NCBI GenBank assembly: GCA_951812525.1 | Contig: OX638316.1 | Coordinates: 4,904,608 to 4,968,607, forward strand | Direction: 5' to 3' | DNA length: 64,000 nucleotides | From: an uncultured Poribacteria bacterium | GTDB taxonomy: Bacteria; Poribacteria; WGA-4E; WGA-3G | Shown: positions 39,464 to 50,027 of the stretch, piece by piece | Numbering within the stretch: the stretch's first letter is position 1 | Layout of the letters: each line of letters begins with the position of its first letter | Notes under the pieces: generated by a model | The model's input: only the letters and a program-made list of their open reading frames with translations | Database searches by the model: none | What the model was told of the DNA's origin: nothing | Made by a program: the position numbers and the translations under genes

Positions 39464-41138
39464 TTCTGTTTTCCTTAAGAGAAATCACCTGATTTGCAGC
39501 TATACCTCTAATTGACTGTTCCATCCCGTTTTGCCACCGTACGACGATACTGTCTACCTGTTCATAGTCCCCAATCCCAAAATGGAGAGTGAGATCCCGT
39601 TGTGAGAGATAGCCGTCTCCACTCCTCACCTCACGTGTCTGTGTGAGTTCACCGGTGGTTACCTTAACGCGCGTTCCGATTGCATCCGTGGAACCGCTCG
39701 ATCCGATCACTCGAATTTGCAGCCAGTTTTTTCGGTTCCCGCCATCGTTGCGTAAAAGCCGAGGCGGCGTGTTGGAATTCGTTACTAGAATGTCAATGTC
39801 CCCATCTAAATCGTAGTCTGCAAAGGTAGCCCCACGACTTACATCCTCAAGTTTCATACCAGCACCGAGGGTTTCAGAGGACTCGGTAAAGGTGCCATCA
39901 CGGTTATTTCTGAAAAGGAGATTGCGTTGCCCGTATGTGCCCTCCTGTCCAAGTTCGGCGAGGTTCTCGTGCAGATGTCCGTTGGCGACGAAGAGATCCT
40001 GATACCCATCGTTATCGTAATCAATAAATGCGGTTGCCCAACCGAGGTACGGGTAAGTGATCTGTGCGGTTTTTGTAGTAGTGGTTGCGTCTGTGAAAAA
40101 GCCGTCCGCATCGTTATGATAGAGGGTGTTGGTCTGATCGGCATAATTGGTGACGGTGAGATCGAACCACCCATCGTTGTTCCAATCGCCAAACGCTGTC
40201 CCCATACCGTTTTCAGCAGCCCCATCTTCGCTGAGTGCCACTCCGACCATGAAACCGATCTCTTCAAAAGTGCCGTCGCCGTTATTACGGTAAAATAGAT
40301 TTTCCGTAGAATCGTTGGCGACGTAGATGTCGGGTGCTCCGTCGTTATTATAGTCCCCCCAGACAACACCTAATCCCTTGCCAGTCGTATTGTAAACGCC
40401 TGCTGATTTGGTAACGTCGGTAAACGTGCCATCGCCGTTATTGCGAAAGAGGGTATCTGACTGCGCGGGAAAATTATCGGGTTCACAATAGGCACGGAGA
40501 TCCTTCTCTTTAAGTCCACACCACGGATTTTCAGCAATGTCAAAGACGATGTAGTTGACGACGTAGAGATCAAGGTCGCCATCAGCGTCGTAATCAGCGA
40601 AAGCACAACTGCTACTCCAACGCGGTTCGGTCACACCTGCAGCTTCGGCGACATCCGTAAACGTACCATCGCCGTTATTGTGATAGAGACGATTGGTGCC
40701 GTAGTTCGTGACATAAAGGTCCAGTTGACCGTCGTTATTGTAATCGCCAACGGCGCACCCGTGCCCGTAACCGGTATCTCCGACACCAGCTATTTCAGTG
40801 ACATCAGTGAAGGTGGCATCGCCATTGTTGCGATAGAGACGATTGGTTGGGATTTCCTGTGAGACGTAGCCGGGGAGCGGCGCGCCGTTAACGAAATACA
40901 AATCAGCATCGCCATCAGCATCGTAATCAAAAAAAGCAGCACCGGAACCGAGCGTCTCCATAAAATATTTTTGTCCGCTGCGTCCATCCATGTGTTTCCA
41001 GTGGATACCAGCATCCTGCGTTACATCAACGAAATGAATATCGGCATCCGACACTGTAGAAGGAAGGATGATATTTGGAAAAAAAAGGGCAACGAAGATA
41101 AGGAAGCAGATGCTTATACTGCTATTTCGTCTTTTCAT
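39456..41138 (-). CDS. CRTAC1/ASPIC-UnbV family protein with FG-GAP/VCBS repeats
   Basis: It has repeated FRNNGDGTFTDVT...GVVWGDYNNDG units and a C-terminal ASPIC/UnbV segment. Confidence 0.75.
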   Translation of the reverse strand: MKRRNSSISICFLIFVALFFPNIILPSTVSDADIHFVDVTQDAGIHWKHMDGRSGQKYFMETLGSGAAFFDYDADGDADLYFVNGAPLPGYVSQEIPTNRLYRNNGDATFTDVTEIAGVGDTGYGHGCAVGDYNNDGQLDLYVTNYGTNRLYHNNGDGTFTDVAEAAGVTEPRWSSSCAFADYDADGDLDLYVVNYIVFDIAENPWCGLKEKDLRAYCEPDNFPAQSDTLFRNNGDGTFTDVTKSAGVYNTTGKGLGVVWGDYNNDGAPDIYVANDSTENLFYRNNGDGTFEEIGFMVGVALSEDGAAENGMGTAFGDWNNDGWFDLTVTNYADQTNTLYHNDADGFFTDATTTTKTAQITYPYLGWATAFIDYDNDGYQDLFVANGHLHENLAELGQEGTYGQRNLLFRNNRDGTFTESSETLGAGMKLEDVSRGATFADYDLDGDIDILVTNSNTPPRLLRNDGGNRKNWLQIRVIGSSGSTDAIGTRVKVTTGELTQTREVRSGDGYLSQRDLTLHFGIGDYEQVDSIVVRWQNGMEQSIRGIAANQVISLKENRNE

Positions 41139-42429
41139 TTGCCTCCTTCATCTTTGCCAATGTCTGTCGAAAAGCCTCATTTTCGGGTTCCATTTCGATT
41201 GCGGTCTGAATTGCTTTTAGGGCATCCTCACGTTTGCCTGCTTGAAAATAAGTCAAAGCGAGCGTCTGCAGGTATCGCGGTGCTTGTGTCAAGCGGAACG
41301 CTTTTTCGGCGTGTGCGATGGCATCTTGTAACCGGACACCTTGCAGCATATAGAGTCGTGCTAAGGCATTCATAGCATAGTGTGCGTTGGCATCCAACTC
41401 TAAGGCTGCCTGAAACGCTGAGATTCCGTCGTCAATCTTTCCATATTTCGCGTAAACAAGCCCAAGTTGGTATTGCTTCAGTGGATTGTTAGGTTCTATG
41501 AGCGTCGCGCGTTCACGGTCATCAATCTCCTGCGCGATTGCGTTGAGCCGGCGGTAGATTTCCATTGCGCGTTTACCCTCTTCAGGCTTTTTGAGTCGGA
41601 AGAGTGCTTGCGCGAGGTTATAGTATGCCCCGACGTGGTCGTTCTGCTGTGCGATAACGTGTTGATACTCCACAGCGGCGCGTTGAAAATCACGTTTCTT
41701 TGTGAGGACTAAGCCGAGGCAATAGCGGGCAGCAGTAAATTGTGGATCGTAACGGATAGCTTTTTCTAAAAGTGGAAGTGCCTTGTCTAACTCGCCCTGA
41801 TTTTGGTAGATAGCACCTAAGTTGCCGTTCGCCATGGGTAGGTTTGGCTCTTGGGCTAATGCGGCTTTGTAGTACTGGATCGCCTTCTCCTGCTGTTTGA
41901 CGGCTTCATAGCAGGAGGCGAGATTGGTCATCACGGCGGTCTGGTTGCGGGAACGCTTGAGGCTCTCGTGATAGGCTTCGATTGCCTCCTCAAAGCGGTC
42001 AGCTTTCTGATAGGCAGATGCAATACCGAGCCATATCTGTAGTGAATCGGGATGTTTTTGGATAAGGTTTTGATACACTCGGATAGCGTCATCAAAACGT
42101 TCGGTGTTGGCGTAGAGCAAAGCGAGGTTGGATTCAGCCTGCATCAGATCTGGGGCTATATTCAAGGCGCGTGTAAGTGCTTCTTCGGACGCAGGAAAAT
42201 TACCAAGCTGGAGGTAAATTGTGCCTAAGCCGGCGTGTGCTTTGGCAAAATCAGGATGCAAATCAATGGCACGGTGAAGATCCTGAAGTGCCTTTGGGTA
42301 TTCGCCTCGACGTGCGGCTTGCATCCCGCGTGTGTAGAGTTCTTGGGACGTTTGTGCAATAGCGTCCCACGCGATGCTAACGAAAATGATCAGGAAATAG
42401 GCAACGAACGATACGCCTTTTTGCGACAT
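41122..42429 (-). CDS. Tetratricopeptide-repeat protein with a signal peptide
   Basis: It carries TPR units throughout (AxxxLGxxYxxxGxxxxA). Confidence 0.7.
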   Translation of the reverse strand: MSQKGVSFVAYFLIIFVSIAWDAIAQTSQELYTRGMQAARRGEYPKALQDLHRAIDLHPDFAKAHAGLGTIYLQLGNFPASEEALTRALNIAPDLMQAESNLALLYANTERFDDAIRVYQNLIQKHPDSLQIWLGIASAYQKADRFEEAIEAYHESLKRSRNQTAVMTNLASCYEAVKQQEKAIQYYKAALAQEPNLPMANGNLGAIYQNQGELDKALPLLEKAIRYDPQFTAARYCLGLVLTKKRDFQRAAVEYQHVIAQQNDHVGAYYNLAQALFRLKKPEEGKRAMEIYRRLNAIAQEIDDRERATLIEPNNPLKQYQLGLVYAKYGKIDDGISAFQAALELDANAHYAMNALARLYMLQGVRLQDAIAHAEKAFRLTQAPRYLQTLALTYFQAGKREDALKAIQTAIEMEPENEAFRQTLAKMKEANEKTK

Positions 42430-42499
42430 GACTGTTTATCCTCCGCTGCTCATTTTAGCCAAAACAGCACATCACGTCAAGGGTTTATTGGTTTCACTA

Positions 42500-43147
42500 T
42501 TATACGTGCTCTTTAGATTGCCACATCGGAATAGCCATTGTCAATTCGTTTCGCAAGACTTCAATCTCTTGGGACAGAAACGAGAGTAGACGCTGCATTG
42601 TCACTGTTGCCTCATCTGTCGGTCGCTCTTGAATAACATGTTTAAGTTCATCCCGCAATTGATAGGCTTCATTGAGTCGTGTCCACTTCTGAGTTCGGTC
42701 GCGACGGTGCTGCTGCAGCCACGAGCGATTGAGACGGAGTGTAGCAATATGGTATTCACCACACGGCGTAAGCGGTTGAAGTAAACCGTTGTCGGATTCG
42801 ATGAAATGAACACCGGCATCCTGCTCACGACAGGGATCTGCAAAGCGATATCCTCGACGCAGTTGTTCGCTCGTCGGCCATTTATTATGTTTTATTATAT
42901 TGCAAGGGATGCAGACCCAGTACAGGTTGGTATAGTCATTGATAGGTCCGCCTTTGCTTTGTGGTTTGAAATGGTCAATACAAAAGGCTTGGGAACCACC
43001 CTTTGTTTGCTCATGAACACCGCAATAAGCACAACGAAAACCGAAGTCCCTGCGAAGATAAGGTTCAGCATTCCGATAACCTGTTCTGCCTCGCATCACA
43101 GGTGGCGATTCCCGTCGTCGGATACGCGCGGAAGTTCTTTGATTCAC
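42500..43147 (-). CDS. HNH endonuclease with a helical C-terminal extension of about 100 aa. Its GTG start overlaps the stop of the upstream gene.
   Basis: The HNH motif reads CAYCG...IDHFKPQSKGG...NLYWVCIPCNIIKHNKW, preceded by YRNAEPYLRR. Confidence 0.75.
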   Translation of the reverse strand: MNQRTSARIRRRESPPVMRGRTGYRNAEPYLRRDFGFRCAYCGVHEQTKGGSQAFCIDHFKPQSKGGPINDYTNLYWVCIPCNIIKHNKWPTSEQLRRGYRFADPCREQDAGVHFIESDNGLLQPLTPCGEYHIATLRLNRSWLQQHRRDRTQKWTRLNEAYQLRDELKHVIQERPTDEATVTMQRLLSFLSQEIEVLRNELTMAIPMWQSKEHV

Positions 43148-43563
43148 ATCAATTCTCTTAATTCACGCAGTTTGGTAACAATCTCCTCAAATCTCTGTTC
43201 CCAATTTTCATCTCGCAGTGCTGCATGCTTCTGCATCGATTGTATAAGTGGTTGCGCTGCTTCCGCGTCGTTAAGGTGTTGGTCCAACTGGGTCAATTCA
43301 ACTTCCTCTTGCGGCGTTAATCCGGTAGAGAATTTCTTATCTACCAATTTATGATACGCCTCAAGTAGATCTGTTGGGAGTTCATATTCAAAGGCATTTT
43401 CACCTTCGTCTGGATGCCATTTGCGATACTCATCCATCGGGACAATCGCTGCTACAGGCTTTCCATTGTGTTCAAGAACAAGACTCTCATGACCCTCCCA
43501 ACTTGCCCGCAGTAAGTTTTCAATTTGAGGTGGAAGTTGGTCTAATGAAATTGTTTTATTCAT
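43144..43563 (-). CDS. Phd/YefM-family antitoxin-like protein with a helical C-terminal extension of about 85 aa
   Basis: The N-terminus MNKTISLDQLPPQIENLL...LVLEHNGKPVAAIVPMDEYRKW is collinear with Phd/YefM. A GTGA overlap joins it to the HNH gene. Confidence 0.65.
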   Translation of the reverse strand: MNKTISLDQLPPQIENLLRASWEGHESLVLEHNGKPVAAIVPMDEYRKWHPDEGENAFEYELPTDLLEAYHKLVDKKFSTGLTPQEEVELTQLDQHLNDAEAAQPLIQSMQKHAALRDENWEQRFEEIVTKLRELRELM

Positions 43564-43804
43564 GGTCAGTATCCTTCTTAACTAAGGTCTTCATTCATCA
43601 TTATACCATATTCTTTGGAATATCTGCCACATCTTTTGCAATGCACAAGATCATTTAGCCTTAGGTTATTGGTTATAAGTTGTTGGTTAATGGTGGTTGG
43701 CAATTGGCAGTTGGCGGAAGGAATAAATCGCGATCGGGAGATCGCTCCTACAGGAAGTCATTAGTACACAGTAGACTGTAGATAGAGATCGTTCCTACAG
43801 CAAC

Positions 43805-44371
43805 TCAATTAAAATACTCGTCTTCCCGAAATTCTGTCCACGACTCAAATATCGGGAATGGACGCGGAAAATCGTCATTGCTAATGTTCAATTTGAATCT
43901 AATTTTCTCGCTATCGAAAAGATCTCGTATTGAAATGGAGATACCCGATGTTTCAATGCAGTTGTGGCACTGTCTCGGAAGTATTTGTTCTGAGCGTGGT
44001 GCCTGAAAGTAAATTCTGTATTCCGAACCGGCTTTTTCAATACGATAATCCTCCGCTGTGATTGACCATTCACTTAGGGCAGTCTCACCTTCAGCATACT
44101 GTGCCCAGAGTTCAACGCCGCTAAAGAAATTAAGGATAACGCCTTTTCTCTTATTAGCGTCTACAGAAGGATCAAATTGGCGAAATGAGCGACCCTTCAA
44201 CTCTGCTTTTACCTGTTCTTCCTCTTCGAGACTGATGGGTACCAACGGATTGGCACACGCAAAGAAGGTTAAACATGAGCAGATAAGAATAAGAAGCATA
44301 ACGGACATTAGGATGTCCGTTGTGTTTGGCTTTAGGGCAAACAATTGGGTGAGCAAGTCGAGTTTTATCAT
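43805..44371 (-). CDS. Hypothetical membrane-anchored or lipoprotein
   Basis: It has an N-terminal hydrophobic segment with a cysteine-rich lipobox-like ICSCLTFFAC. Confidence 0.4.
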   Translation of the reverse strand: MIKLDLLTQLFALKPNTTDILMSVMLLILICSCLTFFACANPLVPISLEEEEQVKAELKGRSFRQFDPSVDANKRKGVILNFFSGVELWAQYAEGETALSEWSITAEDYRIEKAGSEYRIYFQAPRSEQILPRQCHNCIETSGISISIRDLFDSEKIRFKLNISNDDFPRPFPIFESWTEFREDEYFN

Positions 44372-44643
44372 GTATATTTCCTTCCGGTTGTTTCTTTATG
44401 GATTAAATTTTTAGATAATATGTTGGGTTTCACTCATCCTTGGGTAATTTCAGGTTTCTTAATGAATTCAAAAGTCATTTCTCTGTGTGATTTTTTTACA
44501 ACTCCCGTTCAACCCAACCTACACGCTGAGTAAATTGTAGTATTAAACGAGCAAAATCTTCAAAAGAAACAAAAGGACACTTTGGCAAAATTGGATTATG
44601 CTTGATCCATAACGCCTTCTCTGCTAAAATGGGCAGATAATTC

Positions 44644-45687
44644 ATGATTGGAGAGAATGTTATGGAAATTGTGGTAGATTCAGCGAAGTTACACGATTTC
44701 GCTCGAACGCTTTGTGAGAAAGCCGGACTGCGTTCAGAAGACGGAGAGACGATTGCGAAACATCAGGTGCTAACCGATTTGCGCGGTGTGCATTCACACG
44801 GTACACGCGCCTTGCCGGGCTACCTTAATCTCGTTCTTGACGGAAAAATGAACCCACAACCCGATCTCAGCATTGCGACAGAGGGACCGAGTTTCGCTGT
44901 TGTTGATGGTGACAATGGGATGGGACATCTGGCGAGCACGCTGGCAATGGAAATAGCAATAGAGAAAGCCAAGACAACCGGCATCGCTGCGGCGGGGGTT
45001 CGCAACGCCGGACATTTTGGTGCAGCTGCATGCTACTCAATTATGGCGGCATCGAATCAGATGATTGGGTTTTCGACGACGAACACAGGGGGTGCCTCTA
45101 TTGTAGCACCGGGGGGTGCGGAGGCTGTGGTTGCTAACAATGCCATGAGTTACGCCTTGCCTACTGGCGAAGGACATCCGGTCGTATTGGATATGGCGTG
45201 CGGTGTTTCGGCGTGGGGAAAAATCGGCACACTACGGATGTATGGTAAACCGATCCCAGAAGGGTGGCTCATTGATGAGACGGGGCAACCGACAAACGAC
45301 CCGGAAAAGGGACGTTTTCTCGCACCCGCTGCGGGACCTCGGGGTTACGGCTTGGCATTCGTTATGGGTATCCTGGCAGGTCCGCTGAGCGGTGGTTTGA
45401 TGGCTTTGAATAAATCGGGCGATCCATCTGAACATTTCTTTTTCGCGATGAACGTTGCGAGTTTTACAGATTACGAGGGTTATGTCGAGGAAATCCAGCG
45501 GGGTATCGGCAAAATTCATACCTCGAAAACGGCGGAGGGTGTGGAGCAAGCCTATCTTCCAGGTGAAATCGAGTGGAATAACTACGATAACTACCTTGAG
45601 AATGGCATTCCGATCCACGTAGATCATTTACGAGGGCTTGCTGGCATCGCTGATAAGTTAGATATCCCCATCTGTTGGGAGTGGTAG
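44644..45687 (+). CDS. Ldh_2 family (malate/L-lactate/sulfolactate dehydrogenase type 2) oxidoreductase
   Basis: It reads LRGVHSHGTRALPGY...GDNGMGHLA...RNAGHFGAA. Confidence 0.75.
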   Translation: MIGENVMEIVVDSAKLHDFARTLCEKAGLRSEDGETIAKHQVLTDLRGVHSHGTRALPGYLNLVLDGKMNPQPDLSIATEGPSFAVVDGDNGMGHLASTLAMEIAIEKAKTTGIAAAGVRNAGHFGAAACYSIMAASNQMIGFSTTNTGGASIVAPGGAEAVVANNAMSYALPTGEGHPVVLDMACGVSAWGKIGTLRMYGKPIPEGWLIDETGQPTNDPEKGRFLAPAAGPRGYGLAFVMGILAGPLSGGLMALNKSGDPSEHFFFAMNVASFTDYEGYVEEIQRGIGKIHTSKTAEGVEQAYLPGEIEWNNYDNYLENGIPIHVDHLRGLAGIADKLDIPICWEW

Positions 45688-45753
45688 AAGAGGTTAACAA
45701 GGCGTCGATGCCTCAATCCGTAATCAAAATCTGAGGAGGGAAGGGGTAACAAT

Positions 45754-47250
45754 ATGGCAGAAACCAAAGAAACTGTATCAGGCGGAACACTTCCCGACTG
45801 GGAGGTCGATGATTTACCTGCACCGCCTCCGTATCAATTTGGAAAAGCATTTCGGAATATCTTAGGTCCTGGCATCATTGCGTTAGGTGGATCGATTGGA
45901 AGTGGTGAATGGTTGCTGGGTCCGGCGATTACCGCACAATACGGAGGTAGACTGCTCTGGATTGCGACAATCGCCATTCTGCTTCAGGTGATCCTGAATA
46001 CAGAGGCGATCCGCTATACACTTTACACCGGCGAACCGATGATGAGCGGTTACATGCGGTGTAAGCCGGGTGCACCTTTCTGGATGACTTTCTATTCAGG
46101 TATCAACTTTTTCGGGATCTGGCCGGGTTGGGCGATGACGGCTGCGACGGCACTAGCTGCGGCGTGGCTCGGGTATATGCCCCAGGATGCGGATGGCGGG
46201 ACGGTCCGTATATTCGCATATCTTATCTTTTTTAGCTGCTTAGGGATTGTGCTATTCGGTGGGAAGATTTACAACTCGCTTGAGAAAGTACAACTCTTTA
46301 TGGTGATTTGGATCATCAGCTACCTAGTCGTGATCGATCTGTTTATGGTGTCGCCGAAAGTGTGGTGGGCTGTTATCAAAGGCTTCTTTAGTTTCGGAGC
46401 ACTCCCGACCGCAGGCGCAGATGGGACGGTAAATTGGTTGTTGGTTGGAGCGTTCGCTGCATACGCAGGAAGTGGTGGCTTGGGCAATGTCGGAATTACC
46501 CATTACGTACGCGATAAAGGATGGGGCATGAGCAGTCTCGTCGGTGCAATTCCGTCCATGATTGGTGGACAGCACGTAACACTCTCACACTGGGGCAAAG
46601 TGTTTCGGATTACGCCAGAGAACCTCCAACGGTTCAAGGAATGGTGGAAATACGTCCGATTTGAACAGTATTATATTTGGATGATCGGGTGTTTCATCGG
46701 TATTGCGTTGCCCGCAATGCTGACCTTGGAGTTTGTGCCGCAAGGACAAGAGATGGAACAGTGGTCGGCAGCAGCAATCCAAGCGGATGGACTTGAGGAA
46801 AAAGGCGGTAGAAGTCTATGGTATCTCACACTGCTCTGCGGCTTCTGGGTGCTGTTTTCGACACAACTCGGTGGCGTAGATGGTGTGCCACGCGGTTTTA
46901 CCGATATTATTTGGACGGGAGTGAGGCGTGCGCGAAATTTGGGTGAAAATAGCGCAAAATGGATTTACTATCCAATACTCGCTGTCTACATTGTATGGGG
47001 GGTTATCGCGATGTATCTCGCCAAGCCGTTCTTTATGATCTTGGTATCGGCAACGATTGGCGGGTACCTACTTGTATTTTCGGCGTTACATACGCTTTAT
47101 GTAAACCGTAAGTTCTTACCTGCGGAGATACAAGCACCGTTGTGGAAACAGATCGGACTGGTGTTGTGTGCTGGGTATTATTCGATTTTCGGGACGATCA
47201 CTGTTTATCAAAAGGTGCTTGTGCCTTATGTATTCCCGATTTTTGGGTAG
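45754..47250 (+). CDS. Polytopic membrane transporter, distantly Nramp/MntH-like
   Basis: It is predicted to have about 11 TM segments. The N-terminal pattern GPGIIALGGSIGSGEWLLGPA...LLW...Q...E..RY.L.TG resembles the Nramp signature. Confidence 0.5.
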   Translation: MAETKETVSGGTLPDWEVDDLPAPPPYQFGKAFRNILGPGIIALGGSIGSGEWLLGPAITAQYGGRLLWIATIAILLQVILNTEAIRYTLYTGEPMMSGYMRCKPGAPFWMTFYSGINFFGIWPGWAMTAATALAAAWLGYMPQDADGGTVRIFAYLIFFSCLGIVLFGGKIYNSLEKVQLFMVIWIISYLVVIDLFMVSPKVWWAVIKGFFSFGALPTAGADGTVNWLLVGAFAAYAGSGGLGNVGITHYVRDKGWGMSSLVGAIPSMIGGQHVTLSHWGKVFRITPENLQRFKEWWKYVRFEQYYIWMIGCFIGIALPAMLTLEFVPQGQEMEQWSAAAIQADGLEEKGGRSLWYLTLLCGFWVLFSTQLGGVDGVPRGFTDIIWTGVRRARNLGENSAKWIYYPILAVYIVWGVIAMYLAKPFFMILVSATIGGYLLVFSALHTLYVNRKFLPAEIQAPLWKQIGLVLCAGYYSIFGTITVYQKVLVPYVFPIFG

Positions 47251-47300
47251 ATGGATAGGATAGAGATTTAGCAGAAACTAAACGGTTGCCAGAGACAACT

Positions 47301-47332
47301 GGCGAGGTTGAGAAACCTCGCCTACCTTTTTT
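47301..47332 (+). terminator. Intrinsic terminator after the transporter gene. It is also a REP-family hairpin.
   Basis: It reads GGCGAGGTTGAGAAACCTCGCC-TACC-TTTTTT. Confidence 0.65.
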
Positions 47333-47377
47333 AATGGAGAACGGGTGAGGTTAGATTAGGATACCCCACACCACAAA

Positions 47378-48895
47378 TTATGCCTCAAGGATTGCTTCAA
47401 CAAGGTCCTCTACGGAGGCTTCTTTCGCAACTACATCAACTTTCACACCGCATTCCGCTGCCGTCTTTTGTGTTGTGGGACCGATTACTGCGACTTTGAC
47501 ATCAGCGAGTAACATTGCAGGTGACTGTGTGGGGAACATCTCTAAGAAGTTGGTAACCGTTGAAGAACTAGTGAACGTGACGAAATCAATTCTGCCGTTC
47601 AAGAGGTCAGCTTCGATTTCACCTCGATTTTCGCTTGCCACCTTGACGGTATCGTAGAGGGGAATATCATCGACAAGTGCGCCTTTCTCACGCAAACCGT
47701 TCGGTAGATCGGCAGTGGCAATTTTGGCGCGCGGTAGAAGGACTTTCTTGCCATGTACATCCTCCATTTCAGCGGCGATGGCACTTCCGCGGGAGTGCGA
47801 CGGGACGAAATCAGGGTGGATACCGATGCGGTTTAGTGCTTCAACTGTTTTTGGACCAACTGCACAGATTTTGCTCATGCCGAACGCTCGTACATCCTTC
47901 CCGTTTTCTCGTAAGCGTTCATAGAAAATTTCTACGGCATTGACGCTCGTAAAAACAATCCAATCGTATTCGTTTGTGGCGTGTATATACGCGCTGTCCA
48001 CATCGATTGGTTGAATTTTTATAGTAGGGAATTGGATAACTTGGGCACCGTTGGCTTCCAAAAGGTCAGCGAATTCACTGGCTTGTGCGCGTGCGCGCGT
48101 AACAAGGATTCGCTTTCCAAAAAGTGACTTAGTGTCAAACCATCGGAGTTGCTGGCGTAGTCGATTAACCTCACCGACGACAATCACTGCGGGACTTTTC
48201 AGTTGGGATGCCTCCACCTTTTGGACAATATCTTCGAGTGTGCCTTGGACGACTTGCTGTTGTGGTGTCGTTCCGACGCGGACTAAACTAACAGGGGTCT
48301 GTGGATGTCTGCCGTGTGTCATCAGGCGTTCGGCGATTTGGCGGAGATGCGCAACCCCCATGTAGACGACAAGCGTATCTACTGCTGTAGCGAGACTCTC
48401 CCAATTGATGTTTGAATCCGGGCGCAACGCAGCGGAATGCCCCGTAACGAACGCTACTGATGAGGCGTAGTCGCGATGGGTGACTGGGATGCCTGCATAA
48501 GCAGATGCGGCAATCGCCGAAGTGATACCTGGAACTATCTCAAATGGAATGCCTGCTTCAGTGAGGGCAACTGCTTCTTCGCCACCTCTCCCAAAGATGT
48601 ACGGATCACCGCCTTTGAGACGAACGACGATTTTACCGGCTTTGGCATGCTCAATAAGCAGTTGATTGAGTTCAGTCTGGCGTGTTGTTCGGATTCTTGG
48701 GTCGGGCGCCTGGATTTTATCGGTGTGTGCGGGACAATGTTCGAGGAGTGCATCGTTGAGTAGCAGATCGTAGATGACAACATCGGCGCGTTGAAGGCAC
48801 TCTATCCCTTTAAGTGTGATAAGCTTTCGATCGCCGGGACCTGCACCTACAATGTAAACGATCCCGCCGCTCGGTTTGTTTGGAGATGCGTTCAT
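47378..48895 (-). CDS. cobA-hemD: Bifunctional uroporphyrinogen-III C-methyltransferase / uroporphyrinogen-III synthase (CobA-HemD fusion)
   Basis: The N-terminal part reads [18 protein letters not shown]..., and the C-terminal half is HemD-like. Confidence 0.85.
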   Translation of the reverse strand: MNASPNKPSGGIVYIVGAGPGDRKLITLKGIECLQRADVVIYDLLLNDALLEHCPAHTDKIQAPDPRIRTTRQTELNQLLIEHAKAGKIVVRLKGGDPYIFGRGGEEAVALTEAGIPFEIVPGITSAIAASAYAGIPVTHRDYASSVAFVTGHSAALRPDSNINWESLATAVDTLVVYMGVAHLRQIAERLMTHGRHPQTPVSLVRVGTTPQQQVVQGTLEDIVQKVEASQLKSPAVIVVGEVNRLRQQLRWFDTKSLFGKRILVTRARAQASEFADLLEANGAQVIQFPTIKIQPIDVDSAYIHATNEYDWIVFTSVNAVEIFYERLRENGKDVRAFGMSKICAVGPKTVEALNRIGIHPDFVPSHSRGSAIAAEMEDVHGKKVLLPRAKIATADLPNGLREKGALVDDIPLYDTVKVASENRGEIEADLLNGRIDFVTFTSSSTVTNFLEMFPTQSPAMLLADVKVAVIGPTTQKTAAECGVKVDVVAKEASVEDLVEAILEA

Positions 48896-48905
48896 CAGAA
48901 TTTAC

Positions 48906-49817
48906 CTATAATCTTAACAGTTCAGTTGCCCCACTACTTTGAAGTTTTTCGGCTACGATACTACCCAAGTGTTCTGCTGCGTCTGGCATTCCAGTGGCAG
49001 TCTCCACGATACGATGGATTCCCTCAGGATGGCACACAGCAGCGATAAGAGAAAGTTCACCATTAACATGCCAAGCATACGCCCCAATCGGTACTTGGCA
49101 TCCACCACCGAGCCTTTTCAATACCGTTCTCTCAGCAGTAACCTCAGCGACCGTCTCAGAATCGTTTAGCGGTGCAAGCAGCGTTTCGACAGTGCTATCT
49201 CCTTCCCGCACCTCAACCGCAAGCGCGCCCTGCCCAACAGCGGGGACCATGCGTTCGGTATCAAAATACTGTGTGATAATTTCCGGTTCAAGGAGGCGTT
49301 TGATGCCGGCTGCGGCGAGGATAATTCCGTCGAGGTCGGTTTCTTGAAGTTTGCGTAACCGTGTATCAATGTTCCCTCGGACATCAACGACTCGCAGATT
49401 CGGACGTATATGAAGGAGTTGCGCTTTTCGACGTGGACTTGTGGTACCAATCTTTGCACCACCGAGTAAATCTTCCAACGGAAAACCTGTAGCAGTGATA
49501 AGCACGTCACGTGGGTCTTCCCGCTCCAGAATAGCGGCAATGCAGAGTCCAACCGGCAATTCTGTCGGCAGATCCTTTAGGCTATGGACAGCGAGGTCGA
49601 TGTCGCCTGTTAAGAGTGCGTTTTCTATTTGTTTGGTAAAGACCCCCTTACCGAGTCCAACGAGCGAACGGTCTTGAATGGTGTCCCCAGTGGTTTTGAT
49701 AACTTTTAGGTGTACCTCAAGATATGGAAAATGGGATTCCAATCGACTCTTAACAAACTCCGCCTGCCAGAGCGCGAGTTGACTACCACGTGTGCCGATT
49801 GTGAGCGAGTTGTGCAT
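48906..49817 (-). CDS. hemC: Hydroxymethylbilane synthase (porphobilinogen deaminase)
   Basis: It reads LTIGTRGSQLALWQA...; the dipyrromethane cofactor cysteine region GGCQVPIG is present. Confidence 0.9.
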   Translation of the reverse strand: MHNSLTIGTRGSQLALWQAEFVKSRLESHFPYLEVHLKVIKTTGDTIQDRSLVGLGKGVFTKQIENALLTGDIDLAVHSLKDLPTELPVGLCIAAILEREDPRDVLITATGFPLEDLLGGAKIGTTSPRRKAQLLHIRPNLRVVDVRGNIDTRLRKLQETDLDGIILAAAGIKRLLEPEIITQYFDTERMVPAVGQGALAVEVREGDSTVETLLAPLNDSETVAEVTAERTVLKRLGGGCQVPIGAYAWHVNGELSLIAAVCHPEGIHRIVETATGMPDAAEHLGSIVAEKLQSSGATELLRL

Positions 49818-49865
49818 TAAAATTCCTGTGATTTAAAGGGGAGTATAGAGACTGCAGGGGCATTT

Positions 49866-50010
49866 AGTTTATATATTTACTTTATATCTGTGAATATTTT
49901 TCGTCCTTTTTACCCATCTAACCCGGTAGGCACGGTTTCCTAACCGTGCCGGAAACAAAAAAAAAGGCGTAAAACCTAATAAATTCTTAAAACTGAATGA
50001 CCCTATAGAG
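49866..50010 (+). repeat. REP/MITE-like element between hemA and hemC, homologous to 2150-2345. Its hairpin is 49926-49952.
   Basis: It reads GGTAGG-CACGGTT-TCCTAA-CCGTGCC-GG with conserved flanks. Confidence 0.7.
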
Positions 50011-50027
50011 ACTGAGATATAGGATTC

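Noticed and set aside
39854-40369. 171-aa and other internal ORFs within 39456-41138 on both strands
   Set aside because: They are embedded in the FG-GAP/ASPIC gene, whose repeat-rich sequence creates long spurious frames.
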